From Gaiellaceae bacterium (lineage in GTDB: Bacteria; Actinomycetota; Thermoleophilia; Gaiellales; Gaiellaceae): DNA of 51,030 bases. Position numbers and translations under genes: made by a program. This document shows, in pieces, positions 20,125-27,428 of this stretch. A model generated the notes under the pieces. That model did not search any database and was not told the origin of the DNA. It worked only from the letters and a program-made list of their open reading frames with translations. Within the stretch, counting starts at the first letter, position 1, and each line of letters begins with the position of its first letter. The stretch is from the NCBI GenBank assembly GCA_045806505.1, contig JBJMJE010000187.1, positions 1 through 51,030 of the forward strand, given 5' to 3'.

Positions 20125-20148
20125 CCTCCCGCGTGATCGAAAGGGAGG
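20125..20148 (+). promoter_or_regulatory. Possible SD-sequestering hairpin in the leader of the GTPase gene
   Basis: cctccc (20125-20130) is complementary to gggagg (20143-20148), which is the only SD 8 nt upstream of ATG 20157. The loop is 12 nt. Confidence 0.25.
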
Positions 20149-20156
20149 TCGAGGCG

Positions 20157-21050
20157 ATGCCGATGCCTCATCGCACGTACAAGCAGGTGATCAAGCGGCG
20201 GCTGGTCGGTAAGGACGGCGCCGAGCGCGCGCGCGAGCTGCGCGCGATCCTGTCCGACTTGCCGGACTACCGCAACGGCCCCTACGCCGATCTGCGCAAG
20301 TGGGTCAACAGCCAGATCGAGCTGTCGCGCCGGCGCCGGCGCGTCGTGCACCGCGAGACGTTCGCCGTGCGCCGCGAGGGCGTCGCGCAGGTCGCGCTCG
20401 TCGGTTCGCCGAACGCGGGTAAGTCCTCGCTGCTGCAGGCGCTCTCGGCCATCCAGATCAAGACCGGCGACTACGCCTTCACGACGACCCGGCCGGTGCC
20501 GGCGCTGACGCGCATCCATGACGTCCTTGTTCAGCTGGTCGAGATCCCAGGGTTGATCGGCGGCGCGGCCGAGGGTCGCGGCGGTGGCCGCGCGCTGCTC
20601 GGAGTTCTTCGCAGCGCCGACGCGATCGTCTACTGCCAGGCCGCGGACGCGCCGCTCGGCGAGCTCGACGTGGTGCGGCGCGAAGTGGCGGCGGCCGGGA
20701 TCGAGAAGCCGGCGATCATCGCGGCGACGAAATGCGACGAAGCACCTCCGTTCTCCGACCCGGAGTTGGACGTGGTCGCGGTTTCGATCCTCGACGACGA
20801 TTCGCTCGAGCGGCTGCGCGAGGCGATCTGGCGGTTGACGGGCCTCGTCCGCGTCTTCTCGCGCGACGGCGACGCGATCGCGCTCCACCCGCCGGCGACG
20901 GTCGTCGACGTGGCGCGGCAGGTGCACAAGCAGCTGGCGGCGGCAAGCACGGGCGCGCGGATCTGGGGGCCGTCGGGGCGCTTCGACGGCCAGCGGGTCG
21001 GCCGCGGCCATCTCGTCGCCGAAGGTGATGTCGTCGAGGTGCTGTCATGA
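20157..21050 (+). CDS. DRG/Obg-superfamily GTPase with a C-terminal TGS-like domain
   Basis: G1 GSPNAGKSS, G2 FTT, G3-like EIPGL, G4-like TKCD, and GRGGGRALL like the DRG GKGRGRQV. I prefer ATG 20157 (SD gggagg) to the track GTG at 20133. Confidence 0.75.
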   Translation: MPMPHRTYKQVIKRRLVGKDGAERARELRAILSDLPDYRNGPYADLRKWVNSQIELSRRRRRVVHRETFAVRREGVAQVALVGSPNAGKSSLLQALSAIQIKTGDYAFTTTRPVPALTRIHDVLVQLVEIPGLIGGAAEGRGGGRALLGVLRSADAIVYCQAADAPLGELDVVRREVAAAGIEKPAIIAATKCDEAPPFSDPELDVVAVSILDDDSLERLREAIWRLTGLVRVFSRDGDAIALHPPATVVDVARQVHKQLAAASTGARIWGPSGRFDGQRVGRGHLVAEGDVVEVLS

Positions 21051-21307
21051 GTGCCGTTCGGTCTGAAAGCCCCAGAGGAGTTTGCCGCTCGTTGCGTTGT
21101 AGCCGGCATGCGGCCGTCGTCCCGCCGAAAGGCCACCGGCGAGCGAGTCAGAGGCAAAGGCGGCTGAGGCGGGTCGTAGCCGGCTCATCGCCGCTGGCGC
21201 GATCGCGCCGACCTACTCCTACCGGCGATCGTCTGATCTGCCTTCGCGCGGCTTGGCCTGTGCGTTAATACGTGGTTGCGGTCGCTCGACGCGCGTTCGT
21301 GGGAGGC

Positions 21308-23968
21308 ATGATGGAGTATCGGATTCTCGGCCCGCTGGAGGTGCTGGGGGACGACGGCCCGCTCGGCCTCGGCGGGGCGAAGCAACGGGCGTTGTTAGCG
21401 CTGTTGTTAGTGCATTCCGGTCGGGTCGTCTCACCGGAACGGCTCATCGACGAGCTCTGGGGTGACGCCCCGCCCGAGACGGCGCGCGAGACGGTACATG
21501 TGTACGTGTCGCGACTCCGGAAAGCGTTGCCCGCGGGTGCGCTTGTCACGGAGGGCGCTGGTTACGCGCTGCGTGTCGAGCCCGACGCCGTCGACCTGGC
21601 CCGGTTCGAACGGTTGCGGGCAGAGGGTCGATTCCACGAGGCGCTTGCGCTCTGGCGGGGGCCGCCGCTTGCCGAGTTCGACGAGGACTTCGCGAGAGTG
21701 GAGGGAGGGCGGCTCGACGAACTACGACTCTCGACCCTCGAGGAACGCCTCGATGCTGACCTGGCTCGCGGACGCCACACCGAGCTCGTCGGGGAGCTCG
21801 AGGCTCTGGTCGACGCGCACCCGCACCGCGAGCGGCTGCGCGGCCAGCTGATGCTGGCCCTCTACCGCTCCGGCCGCCAGGCCGAGGCGCTGGCCGCCTA
21901 CCGCGACGCCCGGCTCGCCCTCCACGAGCTGGGCATCGAGCCGAGCGAACAGCTCCGGCGCCTCGAGAGGCAGATCCTCACGCAAGACGCGGCTCTCATG
22001 CCCCGGCGGTCACATGCAGACTCGGCGCTCGTACGTCTTCCCGTCCCTGCGACGTCGTTCGTCGGGCGCGAACGCGAGCTCACAGCGATCGCCGGCATTC
22101 TCGCCGGAGCCAGTGCGAGCGTCGTCACGCTCACCGGCGCGGCGGGAGCCGGTAAGAGCCGTCTCGCGGTCGAGATCGCGTCGCGGATGGCGCATGCGTT
22201 TCCGGACGGCGTCTTCTTCGTTCCGCTCGAAGATGTCCGCGATCCCGCGCTTGTCGTTCCGGCGATCGCGAACGCCCTCGGTGTCGACGCGGTTGCCGAC
22301 GCTGCCGAAGCGGTAGCGGGGCGGTTAGCGGACCGGCGTGTATTGGTCGTCCTCGACAATTTCGAGCAGGTGTTGGACGCCGCTCCTGCCGTCGCTCGAC
22401 TGGTCACTCCGGCGAGCGTCTTCATCGTGACGAGTAGGGCCCCGATGAACATCGCCGCGGAACGGCAATATCCGGTGCCCGCGCTCGCGCAGTCGGAGGC
22501 GCGCGCGCTCTTCGTCGAGCGAGCCCGCGCAGTTCGACCGGACTTCGACATGTCTCGCGCGGTCGGCGAGATCTGCCGGCGCCTCGACGGTCTGCCTCTG
22601 GCCATCGAGCTGGCAGCCGCCCGTGTCAGGTTGATGACGCCGGAGGTGATGTTGCCGCGGTTGGGCGATCGCCTGTCGCTGCTGACACGGGGTCCGAGCG
22701 AACGCCCGACGCGGCAGCAGACGCTGCGGGCCGCCCTCGACTGGAGCTACGACCTGCTTCCGGATGATGCGCGTGGCCTCTTCGCGCGTCTGTCCGTGTT
22801 CGCCGGTGGTTTCGACCTGTCGGCGGTCGAGAGCATTTGCGACGGAGACCTCGAGAGTTTCCGGGCACTCGTCGACAACGGCCTGATCGACGTGCGTGGC
22901 GAGCGGTTCGCGCTGCTCGAGTCGATTCACGAGTACAGCTCCGAGCGGCTGGCGGTCGATCCGACAGCCGCGCAGAGCTTCCGGCTCAGGCACGCCGAGT
23001 ACTACGCGTCCCTCGGGGAGCGATTGCTCGAAGCGGATCGAGGCGACGGCCACCAGGTTGCGTCTCAACGGCTCGCGGACGAGGTCGGGAACTTCGAAGC
23101 CGCGTACGCCGTTCTCCGGGAAGCGCGTCGACGAGCCGACGAGCTTCGCGTGGTCGAGGCGCTCGCAGGTGCCCTCGGTCGCGTCGGCAGAACCCGCGAT
23201 GCGCTGGGCATTCTCGAGGACGCGCTGCGCGAGGAGACTCTGGCGCCGGCTGCCCGCGCAAGCATCGAAGCGCAGGCGGCGTGGCTGGCGGCGGACGTCG
23301 GCGAACTCGCAAGGGCGCGCACGCTCGCGTCGGTCGCACTCGAGCACGCGCGCAGCGCCGGAGACGTCTGGGGCGAAATCACCGCTCTCGCCGCGATCTG
23401 GTTGAGCGCAATCGAGGAGGGCGATCTGATGTCGGCTGACGATGCGCTACATGAGGCCGAGAGCGTGGCGCGACTGAGGCTGCCTCAAAGGGTGGCGAGC
23501 GTGCTGAACGACCGGTCCGTGATCGCGCTGGAGCGCGGAGAATACGCTCGCGCCCGCGAGCTGCTCGATGAAGCCCTCGAGCGCGCGTCCGGGACGCCGT
23601 TCGGCCCCTGGATCAACGTCGCGCTGTCCCATCTGCTCGAGAACGACTTCGCCGCCGCGGAGCCATGGCTTCGGAAGGCGATGACCAGAGCGTACGAGGC
23701 CGGAGCGATGGGCTGGCTCTTCTATGCGCTGCACGGATTCGTCGTTTTCCACTCGCACGAGGACCCGGAGCGCGCCGCGCTTCTCAGCGGCGCGCTCGAC
23801 TCCCTCCGACGCAGTGTCGGCATCCAGCTTCAACAGTTGGAACTCCGGCTCGCGACACAGACGCGAGACGACCTGGCGAGCCGGCTCGGTGGACGGTTCT
23901 ACGAGCTCGAGACCGCCGGCGCCGAGATGGAACTCGACGACGTAGTTGCGCTCGCGCTCGCCGCGTAG
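21308..23968 (+). CDS. SARP/AfsR-type regulator: OmpR-like winged helix + BTAD + NB-ARC P-loop ATPase + TPR-like C-terminus
   Basis: MMEYRILGPLEV...KQRALLALLLVH...VHVYVSRLRK; BTAD block WRGPPLAEF...; P-loop LTGAAGAGKSRLA. SD gggagg lies before ATG 21308. Confidence 0.85.
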   Translation: MMEYRILGPLEVLGDDGPLGLGGAKQRALLALLLVHSGRVVSPERLIDELWGDAPPETARETVHVYVSRLRKALPAGALVTEGAGYALRVEPDAVDLARFERLRAEGRFHEALALWRGPPLAEFDEDFARVEGGRLDELRLSTLEERLDADLARGRHTELVGELEALVDAHPHRERLRGQLMLALYRSGRQAEALAAYRDARLALHELGIEPSEQLRRLERQILTQDAALMPRRSHADSALVRLPVPATSFVGRERELTAIAGILAGASASVVTLTGAAGAGKSRLAVEIASRMAHAFPDGVFFVPLEDVRDPALVVPAIANALGVDAVADAAEAVAGRLADRRVLVVLDNFEQVLDAAPAVARLVTPASVFIVTSRAPMNIAAERQYPVPALAQSEARALFVERARAVRPDFDMSRAVGEICRRLDGLPLAIELAAARVRLMTPEVMLPRLGDRLSLLTRGPSERPTRQQTLRAALDWSYDLLPDDARGLFARLSVFAGGFDLSAVESICDGDLESFRALVDNGLIDVRGERFALLESIHEYSSERLAVDPTAAQSFRLRHAEYYASLGERLLEADRGDGHQVASQRLADEVGNFEAAYAVLREARRRADELRVVEALAGALGRVGRTRDALGILEDALREETLAPAARASIEAQAAWLAADVGELARARTLASVALEHARSAGDVWGEITALAAIWLSAIEEGDLMSADDALHEAESVARLRLPQRVASVLNDRSVIALERGEYARARELLDEALERASGTPFGPWINVALSHLLENDFAAAEPWLRKAMTRAYEAGAMGWLFYALHGFVVFHSHEDPERAALLSGALDSLRRSVGIQLQQLELRLATQTRDDLASRLGGRFYELETAGAEMELDDVVALALAA

Positions 23969-24127
23969 TTAGGCGCAGTCCCCGCCGCCGCCGCAGACCG
24001 CCGTCGGCGCGTTCGTGACAGCCCCTGTTTGCGCGGAATACGAGGGCGCGACAGAGATTACGAGTGCGGTAGTGGCAGCGATCAGCGCGGCCGCGACGCG
24101 GCCCTTCCTGGGGGTCGTGACGATCAT
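23969..24127 (-). CDS. Small secreted peptide (52 aa) with a C-terminal two-Cys motif
   Basis: Not in the ORF track. ATG at 24127 on the minus strand is preceded by gaggaggg. MIVTTPRKGRVAAALIAATTALVISVAPSYSAQTGAVTNAPTAVCGGGGDCA*. 43 of 52 codons end in G or C, like neighbouring genes. The N-terminus is a classic n/h/c signal peptide. Confidence 0.5.
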   Translation of the reverse strand: MIVTTPRKGRVAAALIAATTALVISVAPSYSAQTGAVTNAPTAVCGGGGDCA

Positions 24128-24359
24128 GGAAGCCCTCCTCGAATGTTCCGGCCGCTCGGCGCGACCGATCGCCCAGAAGATGCGCTGCGGCGCTAAACGC
24201 GCATTAGCAGACCGCTAAATGCGCGAGCGTTGGCGACGTCCGCCTAGCGGCAGGAGAGCCCGCTCCCTCATTGCGCGTCAGGCGTGAAGACGTTGGCGCA
24301 ATCGACGACGTTTGCGCCACCGTCGGAGCGTTGTGCTCCGCCTCGTTGGGCTCTGGAGC

Positions 24360-25298
24360 CTATGGTCGGCGGTCGAGGAACATTCGCAGGCGCGCGTGCG
24401 TCTGGCCGAACTCTGAGCCGGTGAAGTGGCAGTTGACGGCGCGGCAGACCCAGCCAAGCCGCATTGCGATCGCGCAAGCGGCGTTGAGGTCGGCCCTTTC
24501 CGCGAACAGCGCGAACGGCTCCAGGTAGGCGTCTCGGAACGGGCCTACGTCGACCGAGTCCGGGACGTCGTCGAGACCCCAGGCGAGCACGCCCTCCAGC
24601 GTGGCGGATAGCGTGAAGAACGGGTGGGAGACGCACGCGTCCCCCCAATCGAGCAGAAGGTAGCGGCCGTCCCGCACAAAGATCTGGCCGTCGTGGAAAT
24701 CGTCGTGCTGGATCGTCTGAGGGAGGCCGTAGCCAGCCAGCTCGTCGCACATCTCCCTAACCCGAGACACGTTCGCTTCGAGGCGGTCGCGGTCGGAAGC
24801 AGGGAGCTCGACGAGATCGTCGAGCAGCTGCTCGAACCCCAGCGGCAATACGGAGAGTCGCAGGTCAGGGACGCCGAGGCTCACGAGTTCGTCAGCGTGG
24901 TCTGCCAGGTCGATCTGTAGCCCGGCATAGAGCGGCAGAATCTCCAGCCAGCACGTCAGGTCTCGATCACGCTCGACAATCCCGCGCAGTCGTGCGCCTG
25001 CGTCGGCCATGAGCAGCCAGCCGCGCTCGAGATCGACGGCCAGCGGCGGCGGCACGCAGTCGGGTCTGTGCGCCGAGAGAAGTGTCACGACCGCAGCTTC
25101 ATGTCGAAGGGCAGACGTGTTTGCCTTGAAGTACACGTCACCGCTCTGCGTCGGCACGCGCATGACCGTTGACCACGGCCGCACGTGGTGCTGGTCGATC
25201 ACGCCGACAGCGCCGAGATCAAGCCGCGCGACCTCCGCATAGATCCATGCGTGCGCCTCGGCGAGCCACAGCGGATCGGTCCAAACCGACACGCCCAC
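24360..25298 (-). CDS. Aminoglycoside-phosphotransferase-like (APH/ChoK family) kinase, paralog 1
   Basis: Catalytic-loop region QHDDFHDGQIFV and LLDWGDACVSHP. Start placed at GTG 25298; the track ORF extends further into Arg/Ala-rich sequence. Confidence 0.75.
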   Translation of the reverse strand: MGVSVWTDPLWLAEAHAWIYAEVARLDLGAVGVIDQHHVRPWSTVMRVPTQSGDVYFKANTSALRHEAAVVTLLSAHRPDCVPPPLAVDLERGWLLMADAGARLRGIVERDRDLTCWLEILPLYAGLQIDLADHADELVSLGVPDLRLSVLPLGFEQLLDDLVELPASDRDRLEANVSRVREMCDELAGYGLPQTIQHDDFHDGQIFVRDGRYLLLDWGDACVSHPFFTLSATLEGVLAWGLDDVPDSVDVGPFRDAYLEPFALFAERADLNAACAIAMRLGWVCRAVNCHFTGSEFGQTHARLRMFLDRRP

Positions 25299-25354
25299 GA
25301 CTCTAGAGCTCGCCAGCGAGGGCGAGGCCTGGGCTACGGGTCTATCGTCGGTCG

Positions 25355-25640
25355 ATGATCCTGACGCGACGCCTGCGCGGCACTCCGCTTGCGAAGTCGG
25401 ACTTGCCCGAATTGCTCGTGCTCCACCGCGACCGGCGCGTGTTGAACGCGCTCGGGGTAGAGCCGGGAACGGACGAGGACACTCGTCAGTTCCTGGCACG
25501 GAAGCTTCGGCATTGGCGCGATCAGGCTTCGGCATCTGGATGTTCCGGGACCCTGCCGCAACCGCACGTGTTCAGGTAGGGCTGCCGACCTCAGCGAGGA
25601 TCGTTCTGGCCCTGACGGTTGCGAGGGCGCCGGCACGCAG
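25355..25640 (+). pseudogene. GNAT acetyltransferase remnant (frameshifted and 3'-truncated)
   Basis: The 74-aa ORF reads like a GNAT N-terminus (LTRRLRGTPLAKSDLPELLVLHRDRRVLNALG...TRQFLARKLRHWRDQ). The expected continuation GFGIWMFRDPAATARVQVGL is in another frame and then collides with the convergent gene at 25572. Confidence 0.45.
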
Positions 25641-26309
25641 ATGGTTCGCAGTGAGGTAGCGCCCGACGATGTCGTAACCGACCGTGTAGCCGGCCCATTG
25701 CGGGAACCTTCCGTTATCGCCCCAGAACACGCTCGGGTCGATGCGAGCTTGGAGCAGAGGTCGCACACGCTTCCAGTACGCATGCTTCTGTTCCTTGGTC
25801 AACGCGTGATCCCATGGTGAATGCTGCGCGTGCGGGTAGACCTCGTGGGCGAACTGGTCGGCCATTCCCTCCGAGACGATCACGTCGCCGAGCGTATTAC
25901 CGCCTGCGCCGGCTCGAAAATGGGCGCTGTGGTGGAGTTCATGGGCGACGATCACCGGGACCCACGCGAGCAAGGCCTTGCGCACCGCGACACGCGTCGG
26001 ATCCCACGAGATGTGGACGTTCCCGCGCAGATCGGTCGCGCCGCCGACGCCGATCTCCGGTATGGCGCCGTCCGGGTTCGGCCGAACGTCGATCCGCACC
26101 CGGCCCCGGTTCGGCAACAACCTGAGCGCTCGCGCGGCGGACGCTCTTACGAGCTGCGTCAGATTGACCCCACCGCTCTCTCCCGGCGACACCGTCACGC
26201 GCACTGCGGGTGTGCGGAGCGCGGTGCTCTTGCTGCTGTGGCCGCATCCAGACACGATGCTCGCGAGCACGAGCACAACTCCAGCCCACTTGGCTCGTCT
26301 CAGCATCAC
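25572..26309 (-). CDS. Lipoprotein, DUF2268-type predicted zinc metalloprotease
   Basis: Lipobox VLVLASIVSGCGH; HExxH as VAHELHHSAHF; downstream ADQFAHEV. Confidence 0.65.
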   Translation of the reverse strand: MMLRRAKWAGVVLVLASIVSGCGHSSKSTALRTPAVRVTVSPGESGGVNLTQLVRASAARALRLLPNRGRVRIDVRPNPDGAIPEIGVGGATDLRGNVHISWDPTRVAVRKALLAWVPVIVAHELHHSAHFRAGAGGNTLGDVIVSEGMADQFAHEVYPHAQHSPWDHALTKEQKHAYWKRVRPLLQARIDPSVFWGDNGRFPQWAGYTVGYDIVGRYLTANHLRAGALATVRARTILAEVGSPT

Positions 26310-26416
26310 TCTCAGGCTACGCCCGAGAGCGCCGACGCGAAGCGATCCGCGGCCTCAAACGCCATCCCGACTGGTCGTCTTCAACCGCCGAGCGGCTACG
26401 TCATCCCGCTGAGCGG

Positions 26417-26626
26417 CTAGCGTCCTGCTGGGTCGAAGGGCTTGGAATCGAGCCAGTCGTCTGGGACGTTCTCGGGTACCTCGTCCGGGCCGTCGTCCGG
26501 CCCGTTCTCGGCTTCCGGTGCCTCGGGCTCGTCGTGCGTGTCCGGTTCCGCCGTTGGCTCGTCGCGAGAAGCTGATCCGGTCGCGACGTACGGGCTCATC
26601 TCGACACGAATCTCGCTTTCAAGCAT
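26417..26626 (-). CDS. Small acidic, proline-rich hypothetical protein
   Basis: 69-aa ORF upstream of the DUF2268 gene on the same strand. It is low-complexity D/E/P-rich and there is no homology argument. Confidence 0.3.
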   Translation of the reverse strand: MLESEIRVEMSPYVATGSASRDEPTAEPDTHDEPEAPEAENGPDDGPDEVPENVPDDWLDSKPFDPAGR

Positions 26627-26689
26627 TGAATTCCGCCTACTCGGGTTGTAGTCTCGCCCCAGATTAGTCCATCGTGGATCGGAGGCTGA

Positions 26690-27427
26690 ATGGACTGTTC
26701 CGGGGAGGATAAGGCGCCTTCGCCGAGGGTTTCACGCACGGAGCTGCTGAAGCGGGCCGGTGTTCTCGGTGCCGCTGCTGCGGTGCCCACGGCGTTTGCG
26801 ACCGACGCGAGTCAGGCGCAGGAAGAGCTGGCACAGCTGCGGGAGATGACGACGCTCTCGCCGAGCGAGGCGACGACGATTGGCGCGGTCTGCGAACGTT
26901 TGATCCCGTCGGACGCGACGGGGCCTGGCGCGAAGGAGGCCAACGTCATCAGGTACATCGACAGGGCCCTCGCCGGCGATCTGGCGGCGTTTCGGCCTGC
27001 GTACGTCGCTGCGGTTCGCGCGATCAACGCGTATGCGGATGTTCGCTTCGCGGCGCCGTTCGCGAAGCTGACGCCGGAAAGGCAGGACTCGATCCTGCGC
27101 GACCTCGAGAAGAACACTCTGAACAACACGCAGGACGCCTCGGTGACGCGCGAGGCTGGTTCGGGGACGCCGTCGACGCCGGAGTTCACGCCGAACGCGG
27201 CTGCGGTCTTCGAGATGATCCGCACGCACACGCTGCAAGGCATGTTCGGCGATCCCTCCTACGGTGGGAACACCGACTTCGTCGGCTGGAAGCTCGTGCG
27301 CTTTCCGGGGCCGCGCCTGGTGATCACCGCGCACGACCAGAAGATCAACACCAAGCCGAAGACGAAGCTCCAGTCCGCCTATGCGATGCCAATCTTTCGC
27401 GGCCGCAAGATCACGGGAGGCAAGTGA
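26690..27427 (+). CDS. Gluconate 2-dehydrogenase subunit 3-family protein (Tat-signal small subunit)
   Basis: 245 aa. The Tat-like N-terminus is SRTELLKRAGVLGAAAAVPTAFA. The stop lies 1 nt before the start of the GMC gene. Confidence 0.75.
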   Translation: MDCSGEDKAPSPRVSRTELLKRAGVLGAAAAVPTAFATDASQAQEELAQLREMTTLSPSEATTIGAVCERLIPSDATGPGAKEANVIRYIDRALAGDLAAFRPAYVAAVRAINAYADVRFAAPFAKLTPERQDSILRDLEKNTLNNTQDASVTREAGSGTPSTPEFTPNAAAVFEMIRTHTLQGMFGDPSYGGNTDFVGWKLVRFPGPRLVITAHDQKINTKPKTKLQSAYAMPIFRGRKITGGK

Positions 27428-27428
27428 G

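Noticed and set aside
20133-20156. GTG 20133 as the GTPase start (ORF track)
   Set aside because: This GTG sits in the loop between cctccc and gggagg and has no SD of its own. ATG 20157 lies 8 nt after the gggagg SD.
24015-24218. 67-aa plus-strand ORF in the SARP-kinase intergenic region
   Set aside because: It has no SD and implausible composition. The minus-strand 52-codon ORF with a strong SD and signal peptide explains the region better.
23969-26626. The SARP + peptide + APH-like kinase + GNAT + metalloprotease region as a bona fide lanthipeptide/RiPP cluster
   Set aside because: I saw no lyase, cyclase, YcaO, radical-SAM or transporter. The peptide leader looks like a Sec signal, and the GNAT gene is a pseudogene. 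This is retained only as a low-probability alternative in the peptide finding.
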